A stretch of 64,000 nt of DNA from Candidatus Latescibacterota bacterium. Lineage in GTDB: Bacteria > Latescibacterota > UBA2968 > UBA8231. The stretch is from contig CBDAOB010000005.1 of assembly GCA_965197905.1 (NCBI GenBank), positions 1,952,001 through 2,016,000 on the forward strand. Reading direction: 5' to 3'. The notes beneath the pieces were generated by a model. It saw nothing but the letters and a program-made list of their open reading frames with translations. It ran no database searches and was not told the origin of the DNA. A program made the position numbers and the translations under genes. Below, piece by piece: positions 19,224-29,972 of this stretch; position 1 is the stretch's first letter; every line of letters begins with the position of its first letter.

Positions 19224-20540
19224 CTAGTCTGCTTGAAATGCGTTCTCGAAATGGGTTATCTGCGGATCCTCCGCGCCTCCGATGATGGCCACGACGTCGA
19301 ACCTGAACTCGGAGTCGGCCGCTGCGTGTTGGATATAGTGCCGGGCGGCTCGCACCAGGTGCCTGCGTTTTTGGTGGCGCACCCGATCCTCTGGCGACCC
19401 CAGCGATCCCTCGCGGCTGGATTTCACCTCGACGAAAATGACTTCGTTTCCACGCCGAACCACCAGATCGATTTCGCCACCAGCGCCCCTGTAGTTGCGG
19501 GCTTCTACCGTGTAACCCTTTGATTTCAGGAATTGCGCCGTCAGCTCCTCACGACGGGCGCCAAGCCCGCCGAGCGCGCGGGCTCGCTTGCGGTAATCCC
19601 GTCGCAGAACCTCCAGTTCGACCGAGCTCATGTCCCCTGAGATACTCTTGATCTCGCCGGCGACCTCGGCCAACTCTTCCAGGGATGAGGAATTCGACAA
19701 GCACTTTGATAAGAATTCTACGCGACCTGCCTGATCTGAAGAAAAACAATCCGCTACGGGGGCAAATGATCGGCGATGAAGAACCGTCGGACCATGCTTT
19801 TCAAGCGCTCCCAAATGGGCTTCGGTACCGTATCCCTTGTGTTCTTCGAACCCGTATTGGGGGTATGCGTCGGCGTAACCCCCCATGATTGCGTCCCGAT
19901 GCACCTTGGCGACGACGGAGGCGGCGGCTATAGATATGGACCGACGATCGCCGTGCACCACCGTTTCTTCCGGGAATCCGGTGTTGGGCAGCATCTTTCC
20001 GTCCACCAGCACCCGCTGCGGTGCGGTTCCGAGCTGCTGCACCGCCATTCTCATGGCGAGAAGGGACGCCTGAAGAATGTTCAACCGATCTATTTGATCA
20101 GCTTCGACGCACCCAAAACCAACGGCCCGCGCGCAACGGTGGACAAGATCCGCGCAATGTTGCCGTTGCGCGCAAGTCAGCTTCTTGCTGTCGTCCAGCT
20201 CTTCGAGCTCAAAATCCCTGGGCAGTATTACGGCCGCTGCTACTACTGGGCCGGCGATACAACCACGCCCTACCTCGTCCACGCCGGCCAGCAGATCGAT
20301 GCTGCTCTGCCAATACCCGTCGTCCAGCGCCCGAAGGTCTCGTGCTTTCTGCCGCCGAGTTTCCTGGAATTGTTGTCGACGTTCGTGGCGCGCAACCAGG
20401 TTGCGTACCCCTAATCGCTTGTCGCGCTCCATATGAGCTAGAAGATGATCGTCGAGGCGCTGTTCGCAATCGACGATACCGCGCAGCTGCGCTACCGTCA
20501 TGCGTTTGACCTTCGCGCGGGTCCAATCTCGCTGAGTCAC
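19224..20540 (-). CDS. rnhB: Ribonuclease HII fused to a YraN (UPF0102) domain
   Basis: AGVDEVGRG, DSKK, LVDG, IAAASVVAKVHRD and HKGYGT; the C-terminus has RNYR..GEIDLV..FVEVK..RFDVVAI. Confidence 0.93.
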   Translation of the reverse strand: MTQRDWTRAKVKRMTVAQLRGIVDCEQRLDDHLLAHMERDKRLGVRNLVARHERRQQFQETRRQKARDLRALDDGYWQSSIDLLAGVDEVGRGCIAGPVVAAAVILPRDFELEELDDSKKLTCAQRQHCADLVHRCARAVGFGCVEADQIDRLNILQASLLAMRMAVQQLGTAPQRVLVDGKMLPNTGFPEETVVHGDRRSISIAAASVVAKVHRDAIMGGYADAYPQYGFEEHKGYGTEAHLGALEKHGPTVLHRRSFAPVADCFSSDQAGRVEFLSKCLSNSSSLEELAEVAGEIKSISGDMSSVELEVLRRDYRKRARALGGLGARREELTAQFLKSKGYTVEARNYRGAGGEIDLVVRRGNEVIFVEVKSSREGSLGSPEDRVRHQKRRHLVRAARHYIQHAAADSEFRFDVVAIIGGAEDPQITHFENAFQAD

Positions 20541-20542
20541 GA

Positions 20543-21937
20543 CTAGGTTCCGCGACGCAGCAAGCGAATCTCATCATTCATTGCTTCAATCTTCATATTC
20601 TGCAGCCGCACGAGATCGCCGTAGGTCTGGGCACGCTCATCCTGCATTTCCATCGCCTGCCGCAACACATCTAGATGTGCCACGAGCTGGTCGAGATGAT
20701 CATTCTCCGAACCTTCTCGGTTTGGCGCTGTCGAAACAGCTCCTGACAACAGCTCGTTTCCCTGCTTCAGCTCCTCCCACTTTTCCTTGATTCGGTGATC
20801 GATTTCGCTTTCGCTACCAGGTGCAATACGTCCCGCATCCTGCGCCGCGGATTCTTCCAGCTTGCGCGAGAACCGCTCTCCACTCTCCTTGGCTGGCGCT
20901 TTCTTGGCTGCGGCTTTCGCCTTCGGTTTCCTGGGGCGTCGCAGAAGCACTGCCGATAGAGCAACCAACGCCAGCGCGACGGCGCCGATACCGACGTAGA
21001 TCCAGCCCTGGTCGTCCTCGGGCTGTGGTTTGGGAATCTCCTTCTTCTGAACAAATTTCGGTTCGGGAATCCGGGATTCACCGCGGAAAAGCGCCTTATA
21101 TTTGCGCGTGCTGTCGGCAACCCCTTTGAGCCGATACACCTCGCCCAGTTCCAGCAGGATATCACGCCGACCGCTACTCTTGTCGCGGGCAAGATTCAGA
21201 TTCTCGACGGCCTCATCGTACGCACCCAATTGCTTGTAAGCCGTCGCCGCGTGCGCCAGCGCGCTGACATTGTCCGGATTCTCCTTCAACACCTCTTCGA
21301 ACTTCCCCAACGCCGACCTGTAGTCTCCCTTTTCTTCGAATTTCAGCCCCTCCGCGTAGGAGTTGGCGCGCAGGACAGTGGGTTTCGCCGCTTCGGCGAC
21401 CGGGATCGTCGGGACAGCCAGCGGTGTAGGTTCAGGCGCGGTCGATTTTGGTTGGGTTTTTTCGACGGCAGGCGAAACGACGGACGGAACGTCAAACGTA
21501 ACGGTCTTGTCGCGGACCAGCTTTTTCCATATCCAACCGGATTTCCCGTTCGGCAGGGAGACCTCTAGCCAGTTGCCCTGCTGTCTGAGCTTGGTCAATT
21601 CGGTCCCCTTGGACACCTGAGCCAAGGCAGGCGCCGCGGTGGACGCGGCCGCGCGAATCCGAACCCCTCTTCCCTCCACCGTCAGTCTCTGCTGCACCAA
21701 GGCGGAATGCACCCAACCATCGCGGCCGTCGCTCATCCGCACCTGAAGCCACTCGTTTTTCGAACCGACCTGCTCAACCTCCTCGCCATTCTTGAGCACG
21801 GCGATCCGCCCTGATTGCACTGTTGCGTCGGCGCGAACGTTTACCTGAGCCCGATTGACGCGCAATGCAGGTCCAGCGTCAACCTGGCTCAAGAGAGCAA
21901 AGCAGAGGCACGCCGCCGATACCGTTCGCCTAACCAC
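20543..21937 (-). CDS. Membrane protein with 2x SH3b + TPR and a cytoplasmic coiled coil
   Basis: GTG at 21937 after GGAGG; signal peptide; two VNVR/VRIR...W..V...G..GW repeats; TPR helices; one TM helix. Confidence 0.8.
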   Translation of the reverse strand: MVRRTVSAACLCFALLSQVDAGPALRVNRAQVNVRADATVQSGRIAVLKNGEEVEQVGSKNEWLQVRMSDGRDGWVHSALVQQRLTVEGRGVRIRAAASTAAPALAQVSKGTELTKLRQQGNWLEVSLPNGKSGWIWKKLVRDKTVTFDVPSVVSPAVEKTQPKSTAPEPTPLAVPTIPVAEAAKPTVLRANSYAEGLKFEEKGDYRSALGKFEEVLKENPDNVSALAHAATAYKQLGAYDEAVENLNLARDKSSGRRDILLELGEVYRLKGVADSTRKYKALFRGESRIPEPKFVQKKEIPKPQPEDDQGWIYVGIGAVALALVALSAVLLRRPRKPKAKAAAKKAPAKESGERFSRKLEESAAQDAGRIAPGSESEIDHRIKEKWEELKQGNELLSGAVSTAPNREGSENDHLDQLVAHLDVLRQAMEMQDERAQTYGDLVRLQNMKIEAMNDEIRLLRRGT

Positions 21938-21992
21938 CTGTTTTCCCCTCCAAATGAAGCAACGAAGTCCGCGTTCGCTATCGTCGGTCACA

Positions 21993-22739
21993 TCAACCTC
22001 CTCCACGAATTGACTCACCCTGGTGCAGAACGACCGCGGCCAAGACGATACTCGCCGTTTCCGCTCGCAAGGTTCGCGTTCCCCAGGAAAACGTGCGGAT
22101 TCCCAAAACTCCAGCTTTCTCTATCTCCTCCTGCGTGAAACCGCCTTCGGGACCGACGAGGAGACCCACCGCGGTCGGTGGGTCGCCCGCGAGAATGTTC
22201 TTCAGATCGCCTTCGGAACCCGAGCCGTCGGCGGTTGCCATCAGCACGCGTTCGCACGAGCGCAGCAATCGTTCCATGACTTCGTGTAGTGTTGCCGGCT
22301 CAAAGATCGGCGGTAGGCGAGATCTCCCACACTGTTTGGCGGCTGCCACAACCAGCCGTTCCCATCGATCCTGTCTTTGGGGCGAGCTATTCGACACCAC
22401 TGTTCGTTCACATGTGAAGGGAGAAAGGCTGGCTATGCCGACTTCCGTTCCCTTTTCGACGACGGCATCGAAGCGAGCTCCTTTGATCATGGAGGTGGCC
22501 AGATGCAAACGCACCTGGCTTTCACCCCCTTCTTCCGTGCAGTCGAGGATTCGGCAGCGCACCCTGTCCTCTTCTTCGGACAACACGCGGGCACGGAACA
22601 AACGACCGTTGCCGTCCAGCACATCGATCAGGTCTCCCTCTGCTCGCCGACGCACGCGCATCAAATGGTGAGCCTCGTCTGCCCTTAAGACCAGTTCGTT
22701 CCCGTTCACGTCTGCGGGCTTGACCAGAAAACCGGGCAT
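21993..22739 (-). CDS. rsmE: 16S rRNA m3U1498 methyltransferase
   Basis: EKGTEVG, AAKQCGR, VGPEGGF and LRAETA. Confidence 0.95.
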   Translation of the reverse strand: MPGFLVKPADVNGNELVLRADEAHHLMRVRRRAEGDLIDVLDGNGRLFRARVLSEEEDRVRCRILDCTEEGGESQVRLHLATSMIKGARFDAVVEKGTEVGIASLSPFTCERTVVSNSSPQRQDRWERLVVAAAKQCGRSRLPPIFEPATLHEVMERLLRSCERVLMATADGSGSEGDLKNILAGDPPTAVGLLVGPEGGFTQEEIEKAGVLGIRTFSWGTRTLRAETASIVLAAVVLHQGESIRGGG

Positions 22740-23609
22740 TCAGAGACCCCGCGCCACAGTCACGCAGATCCATTCATTCTCGCGGCTTATCGCCTGGACA
22801 CCAAATCCGGCTGCTTCCAACCTACCGGAGAAGTCCGACTCTTCCCGATCCAGCAAACCGGAAAAAATCGCTACACCATGTTCAGCGAGCCGGCGTCTGA
22901 CCAGCGGCAATATCGGTGCCAACACGCTGCTCTGAATGTTGGCCACGACGAGATCAAAGCCAATCTCTTGCGTCGCCTCCACGGTACCGTGTCGCAGCTC
23001 AGGTTGGACACGTCCCACCAGATTGCGGTCCAGGTTTTCTCGGGCGTTGTCGATGGCCTGTCGATCCGTATCGACCGCCAAGACGCGTGCGGCCCCCAGT
23101 AAAACGGCCGCAATGGAGAGGATTCCGCTGCCCGTTCCAATGTCCAGGCAGCTGCACCCAGCCGTAATTCGCTCCTCCATTGCCATGAGGCTAAGCCGTG
23201 TCGATTCGTGTCCCCCCGTTCCAAACGCCATTTGGGGGAGAATACAAATGGCAATCTCAGCGTCGGCGGGGATCCACGGGGGATGTACGACAATCCGAGT
23301 AGTGACCTGGATCGGCGTGAAGTACCGGCGCCACTCCACGTCCCAGTCACGGTCGGGTAAATATTGATATTCCAGGCGGGGAGATCCGCATCCCCGTTGC
23401 TCCAGGTGGTCACCGATGCCGGCAGAAAGCCGTGCGACATCAACAGCGGCAGGAAAATATGCTACGACCTCGACCGAACCCGACTCGTCTACCTCGCCCA
23501 CTTCAAGTCCACAGCTGCCGAGCTCGAAGCACAAGGTTGATAGGTCGTCGACCGCCGCTTCGGGAATGACCAAACTCAACGACTGCCATTCTTTGAGCTG
23601 GGGATTCAC
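22740..23609 (-). CDS. prmA: L11 methyltransferase
   Basis: MAFGTGGHEST, LDIGTGSGIL and VVANI. Confidence 0.95.
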   Translation of the reverse strand: MNPQLKEWQSLSLVIPEAAVDDLSTLCFELGSCGLEVGEVDESGSVEVVAYFPAAVDVARLSAGIGDHLEQRGCGSPRLEYQYLPDRDWDVEWRRYFTPIQVTTRIVVHPPWIPADAEIAICILPQMAFGTGGHESTRLSLMAMEERITAGCSCLDIGTGSGILSIAAVLLGAARVLAVDTDRQAIDNARENLDRNLVGRVQPELRHGTVEATQEIGFDLVVANIQSSVLAPILPLVRRRLAEHGVAIFSGLLDREESDFSGRLEAAGFGVQAISRENEWICVTVARGL

Positions 23610-23679
23610 TGTGCCAAAGATAGCACGGTCATCGCTGCGTGAGCAAGCAGCGGTGACTACTGTGTTTGCCAGATGTGGT

Positions 23680-24192
23680 TCAGGTCGGTTGTTGGCGAGA
23701 GAAGGATCGATAAGGTGTTTTGCGAATATCTTGCTGTAGCGTGCGGACCGCCTCGATCAAGTCTTCGGGGCGGGGAGGACAACCTGCAACGCAGATGTCG
23801 ACGGGCAAGATCCGATCGATACCTTGGACGGTGGCGTAACTATTGAAAGCACCACCTGAGATGGCACACACTCCCATGGCTATCACCCACTTCGGTTCGG
23901 GGATCTGGGCGTAAACGTCCTTGAGGACGGGAACCATTTTTGCGCTGATGCGACCGGATACGATCACTAGATCGGCGTGGCGCGGGCTCACAACGGGAAG
24001 CCCGCCTGTTGCGTTGCCCAATTCGAAACGCCCCCCCATCGCCGCCAGCATTTCCAGGGAGCAGCACGCCGTCCCGAAAGAGAGAGGCCACAACGAGCGG
24101 CCGCGCGCCCAATTGGCGATTTTATCCCTGGTAGTGAGGGCGTAATCACTCGAACCCGAGAAGCGTGCCGCCGGCTTGTAACCATCAACCAC
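23680..24192 (-). CDS. nuoB: NADH-quinone oxidoreductase subunit B homologue (stand-alone)
   Basis: SLWPLSFGTACCSLEM, SPRHAD, PKWVIAMGVC and GCPPRPE. Confidence 0.9.
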   Translation of the reverse strand: MVDGYKPAARFSGSSDYALTTRDKIANWARGRSLWPLSFGTACCSLEMLAAMGGRFELGNATGGLPVVSPRHADLVIVSGRISAKMVPVLKDVYAQIPEPKWVIAMGVCAISGGAFNSYATVQGIDRILPVDICVAGCPPRPEDLIEAVRTLQQDIRKTPYRSFSRQQPT

Positions 24193-25016
24193 TAGCCGTC
24201 CTCCTCGAGTTTCACCAGCTCGCGCACCATGGACCTGCCGATTTCATTGAAGATTTCGCTGACGGGGCTCTCCGGTTGCTCGAGGACAATGGGTCTGCCG
24301 CGATCACCAGCAGCACAGATCCCACTTTCCAGAGGAATCTCTCCAAGGAAATTCAGGTCAAGGTTGGCAGCCAGATCTCTTCCGCCACCGGCGCTGAATA
24401 TCTCATGACGTTCACCGCAGTCTTCACAGACGAAGTAGCTCATGTTTTCGACGACCCCCAGGACATCCACTTCCACCCGCTCGAACATGGCGATCCCCCG
24501 TTTCACATCCTCTAGCGAAACCTGCTGCGGCGTAGTAACGATCAGCGCGCCGGATAGTCCAATGCTTTGACTCAAGGTGAGGGGGATGTCGCCTGTTCCT
24601 GGAGGCAGGTCGATGAGAAGATAGTCCAGCTCGCCCCACTCCACCTGATGCAGAAATTGCTGTACTGCCTGCCCCAGCAGCGGTCCACGCCAGATCACCG
24701 GCGTCTCCTCGCCGGCAATGAAACCGACGGACATCATCGATATCCCGTGGGCTCGGACCGGAACCATCTTGTTTTGCGGGGTCAGCTCGGGCTCGCCGCT
24801 GGCGCCCATCAGAATCGGCAGACTGGGGCCATAGATATCCGCATCGAGCAGCCCGACCTTCGCCCCAGACAGGACCAGACTCAACGCGAGGTTGGTCGTA
24901 ACGGTCGATTTGCCAACGCCTCCCTTGGCGCTGGCGATCGCAACTGCATTGCTTACCGACGGCAGCGCACTCTGGGCGTCCTGGAGTGTACGTGGGACCT
25001 GTGTCTCGTTCCCCAT
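24192..25016 (-). CDS. mrp: Mrp/ApbC Fe-S cluster carrier ATPase
   Basis: KGGVGKST, DADIYGPS, WRGP, DLPPGTGD and ENMSYFVCEDC. Confidence 0.95.
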   Translation of the reverse strand: MGNETQVPRTLQDAQSALPSVSNAVAIASAKGGVGKSTVTTNLALSLVLSGAKVGLLDADIYGPSLPILMGASGEPELTPQNKMVPVRAHGISMMSVGFIAGEETPVIWRGPLLGQAVQQFLHQVEWGELDYLLIDLPPGTGDIPLTLSQSIGLSGALIVTTPQQVSLEDVKRGIAMFERVEVDVLGVVENMSYFVCEDCGERHEIFSAGGGRDLAANLDLNFLGEIPLESGICAAGDRGRPIVLEQPESPVSEIFNEIGRSMVRELVKLEEDG

Positions 25017-25073
25017 CAGATCGTTTGACTAAGAGCTGAGGGTCGGATCGTCAAGCTTGCGTTCCAAGCGCGA

Positions 25074-26228
25074 TCATGCACCAAATGCCTGGCGCATCTT
25101 TTCGAAGAGCCCCTTGCCTTCGCTGTCGGCTCGATTGCGTTCGCACTGACGGATCTCCTCGAACAGCTCGCGCTCCCGGGTGCTCAGGCGATCAGGCGTC
25201 CAGAGAAGCACCTGGACTAGCTCATCGCCCACCCCTCTGCCGTTGACATCTGGGATCCCCTTGCCGCGGAGGCGAAACACCTTCCCAGACTGCGTTCCAG
25301 CGGGGACCTTCATCTTTGCCTTGCCGCTCAAGGTTGGCACCTCAACCTCATCACCAAGCGCCGCCTGAGCCAGACCCAGGGGTTGGCGGTAGACGATATC
25401 ATTGCCGTCGCGGACGAAGAGATCGTGTTCTATCTCCTCGATGAAGACGAGGGTGTCTCCAGGCTGCCCACCTCGGGGGCCGGCGTCTCCCTGGCCACGC
25501 AGGGGAATGTAGTTGCCGGTACTCACCCCCGCGGGGATCTTGACGGTCAAGGTTTTCTTGCCACGCACCACACCTTCGCCGCGGCAGTCGTAGCAGGGAG
25601 TGCCGATGATGGTGCCTTCGCCGTGGCAGTTCGGACAGGCTGTAATGGTCACGGATTGACCGAAGAGGGATCTGGAAACCTGTTGCACCTGTCCAGCGCC
25701 ACCGCAAGTCCCGCAGGTTTCACGCGAGCTCCCTCGATCTGCCCCCGACCCGCCACAGGTATCGCATGCCTGTTGACAGTTTATGTTGAGTGTTTTTTCA
25801 GTGCCGGTGGCAACCTCTTCGAGCGTCAGTTCGAGCTTGACCTTAAGATCGCGGCCGCGGGGCGGTCCTGTTTGTCCGCCGCGGGAGCGGCCCGACCCGA
25901 AACCTCCTCCGAAAAAATTCTCGAAGATATCGCCGAAGATGTCCTGAAAATCGCCGGCGTGGGAGAAATCGGACCACTGAAAACCGCCGCTGCCAAAGCT
26001 GCTTTCGACGCCGGCGTGGCCGAACTGATCGTATCGCGATTTCTTGTCGGCATCACTGAGGACCTCGTACGCCTCCGATGCTTCCCTGAACTTCTCTTCC
26101 GCTTCGGCGTTGTCGGGATTGCGGTCGGGATGGTATTTGAGAGCTAGTTTGCGATAGGCCGTCTTGATATCGCCATCCCCGGCGTCCCGGCCGAGACCCA
26201 GCACCTCGTAATAATCCCGTTTCGCCAA
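25074..26228 (-). CDS. dnaJ: Chaperone DnaJ
   Basis: J domain with HPD, G/F-rich region and four CxxCxGxG repeats. Confidence 0.98.
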   Translation of the reverse strand: MAKRDYYEVLGLGRDAGDGDIKTAYRKLALKYHPDRNPDNAEAEEKFREASEAYEVLSDADKKSRYDQFGHAGVESSFGSGGFQWSDFSHAGDFQDIFGDIFENFFGGGFGSGRSRGGQTGPPRGRDLKVKLELTLEEVATGTEKTLNINCQQACDTCGGSGADRGSSRETCGTCGGAGQVQQVSRSLFGQSVTITACPNCHGEGTIIGTPCYDCRGEGVVRGKKTLTVKIPAGVSTGNYIPLRGQGDAGPRGGQPGDTLVFIEEIEHDLFVRDGNDIVYRQPLGLAQAALGDEVEVPTLSGKAKMKVPAGTQSGKVFRLRGKGIPDVNGRGVGDELVQVLLWTPDRLSTRERELFEEIRQCERNRADSEGKGLFEKMRQAFGA

Positions 26229-26231
26229 GGG

Positions 26232-28169
26232 TTATTTTTCGTCCTTCTTCTTGTCGTCGACGACCTCGAAGTCGGCATCGACCGCCCCGTCGTCCTGCGG
26301 GGGTGGAGCTGCGTCGTCGGGGTTGGGGGGCGCCCCTTGATCGCCGCCCGGGGGGGGCTGTTGCGCCTGGGCTTCCTGGTAGAGGATCTCGGCGAGTTTG
26401 TGCGACGCCTCGGTGAGACGCTCCACGACCGCCGTCAAGCCGTCGTCGTCGTTTTCTTCCAACGCTTTCTTCACCGCCGCAATGGCCTCCTCCACCGCGG
26501 TGCGCTCCGCCGCTTCGAGCTTGTCCCCGTGCTCGGTCAGCGATTTCTCGGTGGCGTAGACCAGTTGATCAGCTTCGTTGCGTTTGTCCACCTGCGCCCG
26601 CCGTTGCTGGTCGTCCTCGGCATGGCTCTCGGCTTCCTCCTGCATCCGCGACACCTCCTCCTCCGACAGGCCGGTGGAGGCTTCGATGCGGATGCTCTGC
26701 TCCTTGTTGGTGCCTTTGTCCTTGGCCCCCACGTGCAGAATGCCGTTGGCGTCGATGTCGAAGGTCACCTCCACCTGCGGCATGCCCCGCGGCGCCGGCG
26801 GAATCCCGTCCAGGTGAAAACGCCCCAGGGTGCGGTTGTCGTTGGCAAACTCGCGCTCCCCCTGCAAAACGTGCACCTCCACCGACGGCTGGTTGTCCGC
26901 CGCGGTCGAGAAAATCTGGCTCTTCTTCGTCGGAATCGTGGTGTTGCGCTCGATCAGCTTGGTCATCACCCCACCCAAGGTCTCGATCCCCAACGACAAC
27001 GGCGTCACATCCAGCAACAGCACGTCCTCCACGTCCCCCGCCAAAACCCCCGCCTGGATCGCCGCCCCCAACGCCACCACCTCGTCCGGATTCACCCCCT
27101 TGTGCGGCTCGCGCCCAAACAGTCCCTGCACCCGTTCCTGCACCTTGGGAATACGCGTCGAACCGCCCACCAGAATCACCTCGTCGATCTCAGACGCCGC
27201 CAAACCCGCGTCCTTGAGCGCCTGCTGGCACGGACCCTCGGTGCGCGCGATCAAAGGGTCCACCAGACGCTCGAACTGCGCCCGACTCAGGCTCTTCTGC
27301 ACATGCTTGGGACCGCTCTGGTCGGCGGTGATAAACGGCAGGTTGATCTCGGTCTGATTGGCCGAGGAAAGCTCGCACTTGGCTTTCTCCGCCGCCTCCT
27401 TCAAACGCTGCAACGCCATCGGGTCCTGGCGCAGGTCGATGCCTTGCTCTTGTTGAAACTCGTCCGCCAGAAAATCGATCAGCGCCTGATCGAAATCGTC
27501 GCCCCCCAAGTGGGTGTCGCCGTTGGTCGACTTGACCTCGAACACTCCGTCCCCCAACTCCAGAATCGACACATCGAAGGTCCCCCCACCCAGATCATAC
27601 ACCGCGATCTTCTCACTCTTACCCGGTTTGTCCAGCCCATACGCCAACGCCGCCGCCGTCGGCTCGTTGACGATGCGCAACACCTCCAACCCGGCAATCG
27701 CACCGGCATCCTTGGTCGCCTGCCGCTGCGCGTCGTTGAAATACGCCGGCACCGTGATCACCGCCTGCTGCACCTCCTCGCCCAGATAATCCTCCGCCGT
27801 CTGACGCATCTTCTGCAGCACCATCGCCGACAGCTCCGGAGGGCTATACGACTTTGCCCCCGCCTCCACCACCGCCATATCACGAGCCCCTTTCACCACC
27901 GCATACGGCACCTCGGTGATCTCCGTGCCCACCTCTTGGTGACGCCGACCCATGAAACGTTTGATCGAAAACACTGTGTTTTGCGGGTTGGTTACCGCCT
28001 GGCGTTTGGCCGTCTGACCCACCAAACGCTCCCCATCCGTAGAAAAGGCCACCATCGAGGGCGTCGTACGACCCCCCTCCGCATTGGCGATCACCTCCGG
28101 CTCCTTGCCTTCGATTACCGCCACACACGAATTCGTCGTGCCCAAATCGATACCGATTACCTTAGCCAT
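26232..28169 (-). CDS. dnaK: Chaperone DnaK
   Basis: [17 protein letters not shown] and [14 protein letters not shown]. Confidence 0.99.
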   Translation of the reverse strand: MAKVIGIDLGTTNSCVAVIEGKEPEVIANAEGGRTTPSMVAFSTDGERLVGQTAKRQAVTNPQNTVFSIKRFMGRRHQEVGTEITEVPYAVVKGARDMAVVEAGAKSYSPPELSAMVLQKMRQTAEDYLGEEVQQAVITVPAYFNDAQRQATKDAGAIAGLEVLRIVNEPTAAALAYGLDKPGKSEKIAVYDLGGGTFDVSILELGDGVFEVKSTNGDTHLGGDDFDQALIDFLADEFQQEQGIDLRQDPMALQRLKEAAEKAKCELSSANQTEINLPFITADQSGPKHVQKSLSRAQFERLVDPLIARTEGPCQQALKDAGLAASEIDEVILVGGSTRIPKVQERVQGLFGREPHKGVNPDEVVALGAAIQAGVLAGDVEDVLLLDVTPLSLGIETLGGVMTKLIERNTTIPTKKSQIFSTAADNQPSVEVHVLQGEREFANDNRTLGRFHLDGIPPAPRGMPQVEVTFDIDANGILHVGAKDKGTNKEQSIRIEASTGLSEEEVSRMQEEAESHAEDDQQRRAQVDKRNEADQLVYATEKSLTEHGDKLEAAERTAVEEAIAAVKKALEENDDDGLTAVVERLTEASHKLAEILYQEAQAQQPPPGGDQGAPPNPDDAAPPPQDDGAVDADFEVVDDKKKDEK

Positions 28170-28800
28170 TAACCCCTCCAGCTTTGCTTACCACAACCCG
28201 AGCCGGCCGCACAACCTTGCCGCCAAACAGATACCCGCGGTCCAGTTCCTCCACCACCGTGCCGGGATCGTGTTCCTCCGATTCCACTTCCATCATCGCC
28301 TCGTGTACGTTTGGATCGAACGGCTTGCCCACGGCATCTATCACCTCGAGACCGTACCCTTTGAGACCTTCCTCGATCTGTCCACAAATCAGCTCAATGC
28401 CTTCCTTGAGAACGACTGCATCGTCGGTTTTCTGACCGACTGCTCGCCGCAGATTGTCGAAGATCGGCGCCAATCCCAAAAGCAGGTCCCGCAAGGTTTC
28501 CTCCCGCACCTCGACCCGAATCTTCGCTGTTCTCTTGCGATAGTTGTCGAGTTCAGCTTTGGCACGCAAAAACTTGTCGTAGTTGTCCGCCGCTTCAGCC
28601 TTGGCATTTTCCAATGCCCGGGCCGCAGCTTCTTCGGGCCCCAGTTCTTCGGGCTCGTCTTGCCCGCCTTCGACCGCTTCCGAAGAAGCGCTCGCACCGT
28701 GTTTTACCTCGGCGTCGAGCTCTGCTTCCGAGGTCTCCCGTTGAGCTTCATCTTCCTCTGTTACCGGCTCTCTGTCTACTTCGCTCATGCCTTCGATCAA
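28162..28800 (-). CDS. grpE: Nucleotide exchange factor GrpE
   Basis: [20 protein letters not shown] and [11 protein letters not shown]. The start may be 28788. Confidence 0.96.
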   Translation of the reverse strand: MIEGMSEVDREPVTEEDEAQRETSEAELDAEVKHGASASSEAVEGGQDEPEELGPEEAAARALENAKAEAADNYDKFLRAKAELDNYRKRTAKIRVEVREETLRDLLLGLAPIFDNLRRAVGQKTDDAVVLKEGIELICGQIEEGLKGYGLEVIDAVGKPFDPNVHEAMMEVESEEHDPGTVVEELDRGYLFGGKVVRPARVVVSKAGGVNG

Positions 28801-28822
28801 ATCTCCTTGCTGGCAGGATATC

Positions 28823-29848
28823 CTAGTTTACCATGCCGGCGGCGCGCCAGGCGGCATAGCTGACCAGAGTCACAACCTCCTCGTAGGGCATTCTAGTGGG
28901 ACCGATGACGCCGATTATACCCATGGCCCCGTTTACGCGATAGCTCGAGGTCACCACGCTGCAACCGCGCATCGCTTCCGGCGCGTTTTCATCTCCTATG
29001 GTCACGACGACGCCCTGTCGATCCATCAAAAAGCGAGCCAGGTATTCCTTCTCCTCTACCAGATCCATCAAATCTGCCACGGTGGATGGATCGTGAAATT
29101 CAGGTTTGAGACAGATGTTGCGAGTGCCTGCGACGTAGAGATCGCTGCCGCTGGGACCGGTTAGTCGTTTGATCTGCTCAGCCACCAGCCGAATCAATTG
29201 AGGGCTTCCAGATTCGATGGAAAGCAGGCGGTCTTCTACCGAGCTCCGGATCTCCGCCATCGTCAATCCGCCGAGACGCTCGTTGAGCAGACGGTTGGTC
29301 GTCTCCAGCTGCTCCCTGGAAATCCTAGCACCGATCTCGATGGTCATGCTGCGCACCAAGCCCTGTTCGATCGAAATCACCAGAAGGATGCGGTCGGCAG
29401 CCAATTGCACCAGTTCCAGGCGTTCGAACACCCCTTGCTCGAACCGCGGCGCCATCACCAATCCCAGCTGCTCTGAAATGTCCCCGATCGCTCGAGCCAA
29501 TTGGCCCACGATTTCGTCGAGGTTCTGTTCCCGAAGCTCGACTTCGAGCCGTTCCTTCAGCTTGTCGCCTACGTGGGAATCCCACATGCCCGTAGCCATG
29601 GCGTTCTCCACGAAAAAACGATAACCGCTGTCGGTGGGCACGCGACCGGCCGAAGTATGGGGTTGTCGTACGTATCCCCGCTCCTCCAGGCTCGCAAGGG
29701 TATTCCGGATAGTTGCCGAGCTGATGCCCAGATCCTCTCGTCGCGAGAGCATTCTAGAGCCGATAGGATCGCCGATCGAGACATAGGTCTCCACAACGGC
29801 CCGCAGAACCAGGCGTTCGCGATCAGATAACGCGGTGTTCTCCACCAT
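28823..29848 (-). CDS. hrcA: Heat-inducible repressor HrcA
   Basis: SSATIRN, QPHTSAGRVPT and GVIGPTRMPY. Confidence 0.97.
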   Translation of the reverse strand: MVENTALSDRERLVLRAVVETYVSIGDPIGSRMLSRREDLGISSATIRNTLASLEERGYVRQPHTSAGRVPTDSGYRFFVENAMATGMWDSHVGDKLKERLEVELREQNLDEIVGQLARAIGDISEQLGLVMAPRFEQGVFERLELVQLAADRILLVISIEQGLVRSMTIEIGARISREQLETTNRLLNERLGGLTMAEIRSSVEDRLLSIESGSPQLIRLVAEQIKRLTGPSGSDLYVAGTRNICLKPEFHDPSTVADLMDLVEEKEYLARFLMDRQGVVVTIGDENAPEAMRGCSVVTSSYRVNGAMGIIGVIGPTRMPYEEVVTLVSYAAWRAAGMVN

Positions 29849-29972
29849 CTGTCAAACTGCCGTTAAGGTTTTGATAGTAAGGGAGTTGCGCAGGATCATT
29901 CTCGGTTTTGCGTAAGCCCTAGAATAAACAGGATCCCTCCGAGGATTGTCAAGTCGCCGCTTTAGCGCAGCG

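Noticed and set aside
26350..26357. G8 tract as a phase-variable site
   Set aside because: Encodes the Pro-rich tail of an intact dnaK.
26337..28172. 611-aa plus-strand ORF
   Set aside because: Antisense shadow of dnaK, a well-known spurious ORF caused by codon bias.
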